A stretch of 64,000 bases of DNA, from the NCBI GenBank assembly GCA_002269645.1, contig NIVC01002040.1, positions 1 through 64,000 of the forward strand. Reading direction: 5' to 3'. A program made the position numbers and the translations under genes. This DNA is from Macrostomum lignano (lineage: Eukaryota). How positions within the stretch are numbered: position 1 is the first letter of the stretch; every line of letters starts with the position of its first letter. Shown here one piece after another: positions 38,306 through 50,000 of the stretch. The notes under the pieces are model-generated. The model had not been told where the DNA came from. It searched no databases and saw only the letters and a list, made by a program, of their open reading frames with translations.

Positions 38306-41300
38306 GCTGTTGCTGCCAAGCCGCAGCAGCAGCCGCAGCAGCAAGAAGTTGCTGGTGATGCCGCTGGTCCATAGTAGCCTTGGACAGAGGAGGCGGCAGC
38401 GGCTGCTGCAGATGCTGATGATGCTGCTGAATGACTGGCTCAAATGCGGAATGCCTAATCGAAGGCGATTGAGCCTGCTGATTAATATGAGAATCAAACC
38501 TAGGCTGTTTGGCTAGCGGTTGATGCAGCTGAGGCTGCTGCATTGCAGGATACTCTCGCTTATTAGGCAAATATTCTCTGGACAACTGGTGCTGCTCTTG
38601 CTGTTGTTGCATAATACCCGTCGGCGATGGTATAAAATTCTGTTCAATAGTCATGTGAATCCTGTCGCGAATACACCGCTGAGTCAAAGGCAGCTGCTGC
38701 TTTTGCTGCTGTGTGTGAGACGGCTCCTCCAAAGTGCCAATCGAAGTTCGAACGCGCGGACTGCCGCTAACGCCGCCGCGTGGCAGTTCAATACTACCAT
38801 CGGCCTCGGTCTGCTGATTAGAAGTCTCCTGTTGCTCCTCCTGCTCCTGTCCGTCCATGCTGACATCGTCAAAGTCATCTTCAACTGCAGACTGCTGCTG
38901 CTGCTGCTGAGGCGTTGATTGTTGAGTCTGCTGCTCAGCTTGAGCAGTGCTGCTGCTGCTAGGCCGAACTGGTTGAACACTACCGGCTGCAGATGCTGAT
39001 GATGTTGAAGCTGCAGCAGCAACAGCAGCAGCGGCAGCAGCAGCAGCAGCGGCAGCAGCAGCTCCTTTATTAGCTCTGCGACGAATGTTCTGCTTCTTAA
39101 ACAAAATCTTGTAGCCTTCCTTCTTCTTAGTGAGATAATAGAACTGCACGCATTCGCTAACCGATTTGCCATGCAAATAGGCCGATATAGCGCTAAAGTT
39201 TTTGCCAAACACAAGAAATTTCTCCCGAAATATTTGCCTCTCAGCCTCTGTCCATTTGAATGACAAATCTTGATGACTACTCCAATGCTGGCTGGGGTCA
39301 GTCAGTAGCAAGCCCTGCGTGTTCACGTAGCGCCTAGCGATATCCCACGGTGCTAGAAGCATCGGCGGCAATACCGCCAAGCTTTTCATTCGCTCTTCCT
39401 CTTCTTTCGCCCGTTTAATCAGCTCCATCATATCGGCCACTTCGCCTTCGGTTCTGGCCGTCTGAGCCGGCTGAGCATAGAACCGCTCTATCTTCTCTTT
39501 TTCGTCTCTACTCTTGCGTAGCTCGGGAAAATATCGTTCAAAATAATCGCGCCATTTCGCCTCGCGCTGCTTCTGCTTGCCACTGTTGGCCAGACGCTCC
39601 AGCCGGCGGGTCCAATGCCGCTGCAGATTGTTATAAGAGTCGCGCAGATGACGCTCGCGCCTCTCATTAGCTAACCGGATGCGCCGTAGGTGTCGAATTA
39701 GGCGCGGTTTAAATTCCCGATGCCGAAGCTCCTGATCGCGTATGGCGGCCACATCCGACGGCTGATTATAATAGGGCGGATCCGGCACCGGCTCCGGCCA
39801 CACTTTCCTGTGACTCTGTGCCGCTTTGCGCCGGTTCTCGGCTACGATAGCAGCAAACGGATTCACCAGCCGCTGCTCAAGCTCCTCGTCTTCTCGGCGA
39901 CGGCCCTCTTCGGTTTCGCTTTGACGTACTCGGCTTAATAATTTGTCTCGTTCGGCAGTTTTTGCCAATAGCTGGTCTTGGACACTTTTAATGTCATTTT
40001 CGATGCTGATTAGTCTGTACCCAACCTCGGTTTTCTCTTTCTGGAGACGCTGATCGGCGAGATTCTCCTCAGGTGCTGGGCTGATTGCTTCCACCTGCGG
40101 CAGCAATAGCGGAATGGAGTGGCGGCAACTTTAACTAATACATATAGTGTGCTAGTACTTATGACTTTATCCTCAAAATATAAATAATGTATCGCTAATA
40201 TCATCTACAATTTTATCCCCACATAATTATCCGCTAATATCCATAATTATCCATAGTATCCATAATTATCCATATATATCCATAGTTATCCATAATTATC
40301 CGCTAATATCATCGATAATTTTCCCCCATTGTCATCCAATATTTCATCCCTAATTACGAGTATCATTCAAAATTTATCCCTCAATAACATGCATAATTTA
40401 TCCCAAATATCATCCATAATTTCTCCCGAAATATCATCCATATTGCGAAATATCATCCATAATTTATCCCGAAATATCATCCATAATTTCTCCCGAAATA
40501 TCATCCATAATCTATCCGTGATTATTATGCACAATTCATTTCTTAAAATCCTTGATAATTTAAGTAAAATATATACTCGTATTTCAATTTATCCCAAAAT
40601 TATAATTTATCCTAAATAATACCCATAAGTTATCTTTCAATATGATTCCCATTTTATCGCATTTACCTTGCAAAATTTTATCTAGCAATCAAATTACTTA
40701 ATAACCCTAAAGATTGCAGTCCTCTCTCATGAAATAAAACAATTTGCCAAGCAATCAAGTTTACCTGTGGATGATAAACTTCATTTTTTTGTCTAGCACC
40801 GGCTCCGCTATGCTCGTGCTTCTGCTGTATCAGCTGTATCCTCGGCTTATCTGATTGGCGCCTATCTATTCGATATCGATATGGATCGGGATCGCGATCG
40901 CGACGGCCACTGTTGGAGTCCTGCAGAGTGGCTGCGGCAGCTGCGGTGGGGGCTGTGGCGGCGGCTGCTGTTGCTACTTGGCCAGGTGTTGCTGAAGTTT
41001 TGCATGAAATAAATCAACTAGTCAGCTTGCAACCCAATGATAAACTGCTGGGATGTCAGCTCGAAACCCAATGATAAACTGCTGGGATGTCAGCTCGAAA
41101 CCCAATAATAAACTGCTGGGATGTCAGCTCGCAACCCAATGATAAACTGCTGGGATGTCAGCTTGCAACCCAATGATAAACTGCTGGGATGTCAGCTCGC
41201 AACCCAATGATAAACTGCTGGGATGTCAGCTTGCAACCCAATGATAAACTGCTGGGATGTCAGCTCGCAACCCAATGATAAACTGCTGGGATGTCAGCTT

Positions 41301-42219
41301 GCAACCCAATGATAAACTGCTGGGGTGTCAGCTTGCAACCCAATGATAAACTGCTGGGATGTCAGCTCGCAACCCAATGATAAACTGCTGGGATGTCAGC
41401 TTGCAACCCAATGATAAACTGCTGGGATGTCAGCTTGCAACCCAATGATAAACTGCTGGGATGTCAGCTCGAAACCCAATGATAAACTGCTGGGATGTCA
41501 GCTTGCAACCCAATAATAAACTGCTGGGATGTCAGCTTGCAACCCAATGATAAACTGCTGGGATGTCAGCTCGAAACCCAATGATAAACTGCTGGGATGT
41601 CAGCTCGAAACCACTAAATAAACTTCTAGGCTATCAGAAAAACCCACATACAGACAAAATACTTACCATGCTGATGTGCAGGCAGCCTTTCTGACATTCG
41701 ATGATGCTTAATAAACTGCAAAGTATTATTATTATTTGCCGTACTATTTTCAACATGATGATGAGGCAGTCTTGCTGGAGTATGGTGCTGATGCGGAACT
41801 TGACGAGGTGGAATTTGGGCAGCACCAGCAACTGCTTGCGCCAGCTGGTGTTGATGATGCTGCTGATAATGAGCAGGCGGTGGTCTAGCAAAGTGATGCG
41901 GCAGCGTGCGAGACTGGACAGGGCCAACTGCACCATTGCCACTCATACTAGCCACTGTAGCAGTGGACAGAGCTGCTGCAAAATTACTACTACTACTAGT
42001 AAGCACTGGTTGAGACTGCAGCAACTGAGCTGTCTGCTGCCTACCAGCCTGTCTATGAGTTGAAGACAAGCTCTGCACAAAGTTGTTGCCCATGGGTTCA
42101 CTTATACTATTGGAGGTAGCATTGTTGTTGCTATTGTTGCTGCTAGCAGCATTGGCACTGTTGCTATTCTGCCAATTTTGTCCATCTTGATCATCTGGTC
42201 TGCTCTGATCTGCACCCAT
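36369..42219 (-). CDS. NCOR: Nuclear receptor corepressor NCoR/SMRT (SMRTER-like). Exons (minus): 42219-41667, 40991-40765, 40094-36369; about 1501 aa, Q/A/H-rich
   Basis: GT-AG introns with phases 1 and 0 rebuild YHPQ|VEAISP. Also present: a coiled-coil region and PYYNQPSD (GPS2/TBL1-interacting region), the DAD helix MKSLAVLPPML, SANT1 WTEAERQIFREKFLVFGKNFSAISAYLHGKSVSECVQFYYLTKK, and CoRNR boxes TAAKLIDVIIHNQI and LTFGDHIEKIICDDF. The exon 1 start (MGADQ) is the least certain part. Confidence 0.88.
40200..40560. repeat. Degenerate TATCCATAAT-based repeat in NCoR intron 2
   Basis: Recurring ATATCATCCATAATTT and TTATCC motifs. Confidence 0.7.
41020..41612. repeat. 34-bp minisatellite GTCAGCTTGCAACCCAATGATAAACTGCTGGGAT, about 17 copies, filling NCoR intron 1
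   Basis: TAAACTGC at 41041, 41075 and onward. Confidence 0.97.
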
Positions 42220-42862
42220 TTGGTGCCAAAATGGGCATGAATTTATTATAAATAAGCATTTAAAATCAGTTTTAAGGTAAAAAAATCTGTTTAGATAACC
42301 TATATTATAAATAAAATTTAATAGTAGTAACAATATTCAGATCAAGATTTTGACAAGAAAGTAAAATATATATTCGTATTATTAAATATTGTCAAATATA
42401 AACAAAAGAAAAATCTAATAGTTTATAATAGCCAAATTCAAATAGGCTAGGTTGGCTAATAGGTATGCATATATTACTTTTTTACTATTGATATAAAGTC
42501 ATTAAATGTTTATATTCTCTAAGCCTTAGTAAATCTTATAATTTTTTACCAAATTCCCATATGGCTATGGTTTTAAATATTTGTTTGAATAATGCTCAAT
42601 TTTTTTATTTAAACAAATAAAAAACAATTGACCAAGAAAAGAATTCTAACTTAAGTATTGATTTAACTTTTAAGACCTATTTAAAAGAAGGCATACTTGT
42701 TCAATTTTGTTACTTATAAGTTTCATTTGTGATAAGAACTTTTGGTAAAAAGCACTTTAATAAATAGTTTTAATCTTTTGGTGATAATAATAGGCATGGA
42801 TTTAGAAAATTCAAAATAGGAAAAGAGGCCAAGTTGGACACATTAAGCATTATAACCTAACA

Positions 42863-43156
42863 CATACATGCGCAACAGTTGGCCAAGTTGGCCAATCTGG
42901 CCAACCGATTTGGTGGCCAACCAAGGTAAGTCACAAAAATGCCCACCAAAATAAATACCCAAGTAGTACTAAGTAGATGATGAGGCATTTTGCCTTAATA
43001 ATATAGTCATAGTTACTTCTGCTATTTACTCAAAGTTGTTAATTTGCTTTAGTGTTTCTTTTACATACAAGTCACATTATTGGCCAACAATTATATTGCA
43101 TTTTTGTTAAAACTAAGTCACATGGCCAACCAAATTTTTGAAGTTGCGCATATATG
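42863..43156. mobile_element. 294-bp non-autonomous DNA transposon (MITE), 14-bp TIRs, perfect 8-bp TSD; P-element-like or hAT-like
   Basis: TIR CATACATGCGCAAC (42863-42876) versus GTTGCGCATATATG (43143-43156), 13/14 complementary. ACCTAACA flanks it at 42855-42862 and 43157-43164. TGGCCAA motifs are repeated subterminally. Confidence 0.7.
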
Positions 43157-43828
43157 ACCTAACATTATAAATAGATTTGCTTTCCCCTTTTAGCTATAAG
43201 CTAGTGGCCAAAAATAGGCTATACTTTCTTGGCCATGGCTAAGAAGGGGCATGGCCTCCTTAGCCCTCTCTTCTATCCACTTTGGATCTATCTCTGTTTG
43301 GTATTACATTTGGACCAGAGCCTAGGCCTAGTAGATAATAAGCTTATAAAGAGTAAAATTTGCAAAATTGAAATATTGCATAAATTATATAAATTATAAT
43401 TGATAATAATATTTAGTTACAAGTCAAAGGCCCTATGATTATACTTGTAGGCCTACTCATTATTTACAGTAAAATGTTTTTAACTTTTTTATTTTATTAC
43501 TTATTTTAGTGTTCTAGGTATTGTTTTTTATCTTTATAATCATGTACTAAACATGTAAAATATATAGCTATCGTTTGAAATGAAAGATTTATTTGTCTAT
43601 TTTCAATGAAAAGGCCTATAATATAATACTTTATATAAGATGTTTCCATCTCTTTAATATTGAAAAAATTATAGCCATTCAAAGAAGACCACTTTTTCAC
43701 CATTTTTGTTTATCCACATGCTAAAAATAGGCTTATTGGATATCCTATTGTGATAGACCAGGGGTAAGTCAGAAAAATGCCTAGGCCTAAGCCCCCTATA
43801 TAAAAGAAAATAGATAGTAGGCCTACAA

Positions 43829-44655
43829 GGCTATCCTTCAGTTTTATTTGTTTAATTATTTTCAGAGTCTTTTAGTATTTTTTACCCCTTTTTTAGCATG
43901 GTGGGTTGCCCATCTGCTCCAACGACGATTGTCCCACCGGCTGAGGTCAGGCCAATGACTGACCTATGCAATCTTCTGTTCATGAAGATGCGTGACCTCG
44001 CTATCTTGACTGCTGACACACAATCTGTGATGCACTGGCTGTCGAAGTACCGGCTGCTGCCCAAGGAGCGCCAGTGCCACAACGACAACTGTCTTATGAC
44101 ACCCCAAATGCGGCTTCAATGTTATCAAGCTGGTGATCATTACGTTGATAGCTGGGCCTAGGCCTGCAAGGACTGCCGCACTCAGGAGTCTATCAGGAAA
44201 GGCTCATTCTTTGAGCGTAGCCACTTGCAGCTAAACCAACTAGTAGACTTCCTGTACTAGGTGAGCCACTACTACCCTGCCTAAACACTCTTCGCAGCTA
44301 GTATATATTATATATAATAATTGTGCAGAGCAGGATCTGCATGGATGGATGGAAGAAATGCCCACGCTAATGGAGAGACAGCGGCCTTCTGCTACCAACT
44401 CTTCGTCCCTACCTTCTTGTCGTCAACAAAATTTACTACCTTAACTTAATGGCTAGCCAAAAAGCCAGTGCTCGCACTTCTGCAGACCTGAACGATAAAA
44501 CAGCCCTTTTCAGGGCCACCAAATAATTTGATAGTCTTATTTTGTGTCGTGACAATTGTTGTCGGAGCAGATGGGCGACCTGCCATGCTGAAAAAGGGGT
44601 AAAAAATAATATAAGACTTTGAAAATAATTAAACGAACGAAACTGAAGGATAGCC
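43829..44655 (+). mobile_element. Internally deleted Merlin (IS1016/ISXO2-like) DNA transposon, 827 bp
   Basis: 105-bp ungapped TIRs (43829-43933 and 44551-44655, 91/105 identical by my count) beginning GG. A 9-bp TSD with one mismatch: GGCCTACAA (43820-43828) and GGCCTGCAA (44656-44664). A transposase N-terminal remnant lies inside. Confidence 0.8.
43898..44260 (+). pseudogene. Merlin-type transposase N-terminal fragment with in-frame stops; DDE domain absent
   Basis: Reading through TAG 44159-44161 gives ...WLSKYRLLPKERQCHNDNC...VDSWA*ACKDCRTQESIRKGSFFERSHLQLNQLVDFLY*. The CxxC-x4-SIRKGSFFE.S.L.L motif is the one I associate with Merlin/ISXO2 transposases. Confidence 0.7.
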
Positions 44656-47004
44656 GGCCTGCAATATTAATTTAGATGATAAGGGATTTAGCCTAAATAA
44701 ATAGGACAATTATAGTTACTTTTACCATTTATCTAAAATTGCATTAACTTTTGCTTAACAGTTTCTTTTATAATTAAGTCACACTTTTGATCAAAAGTAA
44801 GTTGCATGGCCAGTGTAAATCAGGGAGTTGCAATTGATTAGGGGCCTTTTATTAGGGGGCCTAACTAATTGATTACCATAGGTTATTATAAATTATTATA
44901 GGTTAAACAAAAGTCTTGTTGATAGTACCTTTAAGTCTAGACAAGCAAACTACCAACTGGTAAAAATCTTCATTTCAGTTTAACTATGAAACATTAATTG
45001 CCTAGCCACCTTAAAGATTAAAAATTAAAATAATGAAAAAAATTATACTTGCGAAGTAAAACTTCTAGAATCTAGGCTCTATCTAAACATCTCCTGTACT
45101 AAAATCTAAATATACTAAATCTTACTTTCTAAATTCCGACGAGGCCTAAGCTAAGTAGATAGGCCTACTGAAATCTTTATAACTAAGACCGAAACTGACA
45201 TTCATATTTGATATTTGATCTGCAGATCCATGTTAAAGGACGATTAAGGTTAAATTAAGTTTTACTTAATGTTAAACTGTTAAACAAATAAGGTAAAAAT
45301 ATCCCTTAACTTGTCTTTTTTAGCCCTAATGTTAAAGTATTACTGACAAAATATATTTTATAAAAAATATCTTGTTTTGATATCAAATAGTAAATGACTG
45401 GATTTAACTTTTGCTTTTTCTTCGAAATGAGGCCAAACGTCAAAGGGGAGCTTTTCACTTTTCACATTACCAATTCCATAACCAGAATCGATTCGGATCT
45501 TCCAAGAAAAAAAGCAGTATAGGCCTAACTTTTTAACTTTGCTCAATGTTTGACTGCCTTACAGCTTCACTTTGCACAATTTTTCATTTTCTTTTTGGCT
45601 ATTGCCATTCAATAATCACAACTTTAAAGCACTTATATGTTATATCCCTCTAGTTTAGGAGACAAAAAGTTATAATTTACAAATTGGATCTGGTTCTAGA
45701 ACCAGAACAAGCAATATGAAAAGGCCTTAAGAGTTCTCTAGCGACGACTGCAGACTGGCTTAGCAACAGCCACTAGTTAGCTAGTTCTAGTTGACAGGTC
45801 CAGTAGCAGTAGCCTAATTGTATGTACTAGGGTCTAGGGCCTACAGTAACCAAAATAATGTCGAATTAGTTTTTATTTAAAAACTTTTACCAAATTGCCA
45901 AGTGCAAGTAGGGGTCACAAAATCCCATATTCTGTCAATATCCTGGGAATGCTGGGATTAGAAAATGTGTGGTCACTGGTCAGATCGTCTGATTCCATTT
46001 CATTGGATTGGATGACAAAGTAACCAAAAGCAAAGTAGCTTTGAAAAATAATATGATGAAAATATTTAGTTATGCTGGACCTGGATACTTTGTCATTGTT
46101 ACCTGGACACTTTGTCATCCTACAACTTCATATAGATGACGATCTATCCAATATCTCAGAGGGTGGATGACAAAGTGACTTAGTGTGGACACTTTGTCAT
46201 CTATAAAACAAGTTTTCAAAGTTAGAACAGAACAACCCCCATCCCACATCACCCCCAACATGCACATGATTTTTTTATTTTAAGACATCATGTTGACACC
46301 TCCATCATGCACACAATTTTGTTATTTTGAGACATTGTGTTGGCATCTAAGTCCTATCTTTCAACTCTTACAATGAAATCAGTTTTGACATCTCTTTTTG
46401 ACAATTTAGAGTGTAGTGTGAAGCGTGTTCACCTCTGCCCTACTACCCTACCCTCACTTTATCTAAACAAAGCAAGCACAAAAGCACCTCTATATCTGAC
46501 ATGCACCCAACAGGCTCAATTGAGACCTTGTGTTGGCACCTGTTCCTTCAATTCATCTTAGCCCACCCTTGAAGTTTTTATACCTCAACCCTACTATCCT
46601 ACCTCAACCATACATCACTCTGATGTGCACAATTTACGGTGGCCAGGTCAGCCAGCAGTTGCGCATGTATGATTGGAAGCATACAATATATCAAATTCAT
46701 AACACCTCACTTTCTATAAGTAATTTACTAATTGAAAAATACAATAAAGTAGACAATAATTAGTACAGATATTAGTTATATATGATGTAAAATGCTGTTA
46801 AAATGCAAACACTCCCAGCATTTTTTCCTAACATTAGTAATGTATATAAATCTAACTATATAAAAATGTTTACAAAGGTTTTTACTTTTAAAAATTTTTA
46901 GCTGATTACAAAAATTATTATTTCAAGTAATTTATTTAAACTATTGATTACTGAACTCAGACACTATATCTGATTTGCCTAATTTGGCACCCAATGTCTC
47001 AACC

Positions 47005-50000
47005 ATGGGAGACATCAATGACAAGGATGTCATCAACAAAAAAATTTGCATCGCCATGGTTTCTGATTTCTTTTTTCCTAATATGGGTGGTGTTGAGACA
47101 CACATCTACCAGCTAGCCCAGTGCTTAATCAGCTTGGGCCACAGGGTTATTGTGATCACCCATGCCTATGGAAAAAATAGTGAAAGGCGAGGAGTGCGAT
47201 GGATGATGAATGGTCTGAAGGTTGGTAACTTTTAGCTGTGCTTAAAATATTTTCGAATCATTTGTTGGTCATTTATATGTGGCTGATTAATTACAATCAG
47301 ATCTACAGTCCCTGTCTCTGGGGATTTTGGTGATTTCCTTTCACTAGTTGCTCATTAGTTTGTCATTGATCATTCCCTTGTGTCATTAGTTGGTCATTAA
47401 TCATTCCCTGTGTCATTAGTTAGTCATTCATCATTCCCTGTGTCATTAGTTGGTCATTAATCATTCCCTGTGTCATTAGTTGGTCATTAATCATTCCCTG
47501 TGTCATTAGTTAGTCATTCATCATTCCCTGTGTCATTAGTTGGTCATTAATCATTCCCTGTGTCATTAGTTGGTCATTAATCATTCCCTGTGTCATTAGT
47601 TAGTCATTCATCATTCCCTGTGTCATTAGTTGGTCATTAATCATTCCCTGTGTCATTAGTTAGTCATTCATCATTCCCTGTGTCATTAGTTAGTCATCAA
47701 TCATTCCCTGTGTCATTAGTTGGTCATTAATCATTCTTAGTCACTCGTTTATCATCAATCACAGGTGTACTATTTGCCATTCCTGCCCTTCTACAACCAG
47801 TGCGTTTTGCCTACGGTTCTGCTAACGCTACCTCTAGTCAGACAGGTGCTCATTCGCGAACGAGTCGGCCTGGTCCACGGCCACTCGGCCTTCAGCGCTC
47901 TGGCCAACCAGACTCTGCTGCACGCCCGCACACTCGGCCTTCCCACCGTCTTCACCGATCATTCGCTGTTCGGCTTTGCCGATGTCAGCTCCATCCTGAC
48001 TAACAAACTGCTCAATGGAATCTTAAGCGATACCTGTCACGTGATTTGCGTATCGCATACCAGGTAAAGATCTTTTTTGATAACTTGTTCAGTTCTGTTC
48101 ACATTTAATCTCTCAAATCATCAGTTGCTGGGCCAGCCTCCCAGATACTCAGTTACTGGGGCAGCCTCTCAGATCCTCAGTTGCTGGGCCAGCCTCCCAG
48201 ATCCCCACTTGCTGGGCCAGCCTCCCAGATCCCCAGTTGCTGGGCCAGCCTCCCAGATCCCCAGTTGCTGGACCAGCCTCCCAGATCCCCAGTTGCTGGG
48301 CCAGCCTCTCAGATCCCCAGTTGCTGGACCAGCCTCCCAGATCCCCAGTTGCTGGGCCAGCCTCTCAGATCCTCAGATGCTGGGCCAGCCTCTCAGATCC
48401 TCAGTTGCTAGGCCAGCCTCTCAGATCCTCAGATGCTGGGCCAGCCTCTCAGATCCTCAGTTGCTGGGCCAGCCTCCCAGATCCCCAGTTGCTGGGCCAG
48501 CCTCCCAGATCCTCAGTTGCTGGGCCAGCCTCCCAGATCCTCAGTTGCTGGGCCAGTCTCCCAGATCCTCAGATGCTGGGCCAGTCTCCCAGATCCTCAG
48601 TTGCTGGGCCAGTCTCCCAGATCCTCAGTTGCTGGGCCAGCCTCCCAGATCCCCAGTTGCTGGGCCAGCCTCCCAGATCCTCAGTTGCTGGGCCAGTCTC
48701 CCAGATCCTCAGTTGCTGGGCCAGTCTCCCAGATCCTCAGATGCTGGGCCAGCTTCCTCTACTACTGGCCTTAAGATATCCTCTCGTCGCTACTGACAAT
48801 TCTTTTACTTCGAGTACGAAATAATTTTTGGGCTCGCATTTGCATTTCTCTTTTACCTTACTTCCAGTAGTATTCTCGGTGAATTCTTCAAAAAATGACC
48901 TATTAAAACAAGTTTGCACTATCATTTCAGCAAAGAAAATACGGCACTACGCGCAATGCTGTGCCCCAGTCGCATCTCTGTCATTCCCAACGCTATCGAT
49001 GCTGATGTGTTCACGCCGGACCCGGATCAGCGAGATACCAATTACAGTGCGTTTATCTTATGTTGGAGTAGATAGATGGACAGACAGACACGGAGGCAGT
49101 AAAATAGACAGACAGACAGACATAGATACATGCAAATCACCCGCAGTAACCATAGTGGTGCTGAGCCGCCTTGTGTACCGCAAAGGCGTGGACCTGCTGT
49201 CCCGGGTCATCCCGATCATTTGCCAGCGTCACTCTGACGTTCGATTTTTAATCGGCGGCGACGGGCCGAAACGGCTGGTGCTGGAGGAGCTGCGGGAGCG
49301 GCTGGGCATTCAGGACCGGGTGCTGCTGCAGGGCCAGGTGCCCCATCATCAGGTGAGGTAGCAAATTGATGCCCGTAAACAGGGGGTATATGGGGAAGGC
49401 ACAGGTGCAGGGGGTATGGGGAAGGCACAGGTGCAGGGGGTATGGGGAAGACACAAATGAGTATGGGTAAGGCACAGGGTATGGGGAAAGCCACAGGGGG
49501 TATGGGGAAGGCACAAGGGTATGGGGAAAGCCACAGGGGGTATGGGGAAGGCACAGGGTGTATGGGGAAGGCCCAAGGGGTATGGGGAAGGCACAAATGG
49601 GTATAGAGAAGGAACAAAAAGTATGGGGAAGGCACAGTGGGTATGGTGAAGGCAAAGGGGTATTGGGAGGGCCCAGGGGGTATGGGGAAGGCACAGGGGG
49701 TATTGTGGGCAACTCAACCTTCCAGTAATTACACTAATTCAAGATGTTCACCAGCTCAGTGACCCGATAATCCCCCAAATTTTTCAGGTGCGAGCCCACC
49801 TGGTCAGAGGCGACATCTTTCTAAATACGTCGCTAACCGAAGCGTTCTGCATGGCCATCCTGGAAGGTGCGAGCTGCGGCCTGTCGGTGGTCAGCACCAA
49901 TGTTGGCGGCATCCCCGAGGTTCTGCCGTCTGACCTGATCCGGCTAGCTGAGCCAGATGCGACCTCATTGGCTGACGGTCTTGAACAGGCCATCGCCGAG

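Noticed and set aside
36538-39938. Antisense and alternative-frame ORFs over the NCoR large exon
   Set aside because: By-products of CAG/GCA-rich codon repeats in a long GC-richer exon; poly-L, C or S translations without motifs.
48077-49717. Pro-rich ORFs in PIG-A introns 2 and 4
   Set aside because: Translations of the 28-bp and 20-bp minisatellites.
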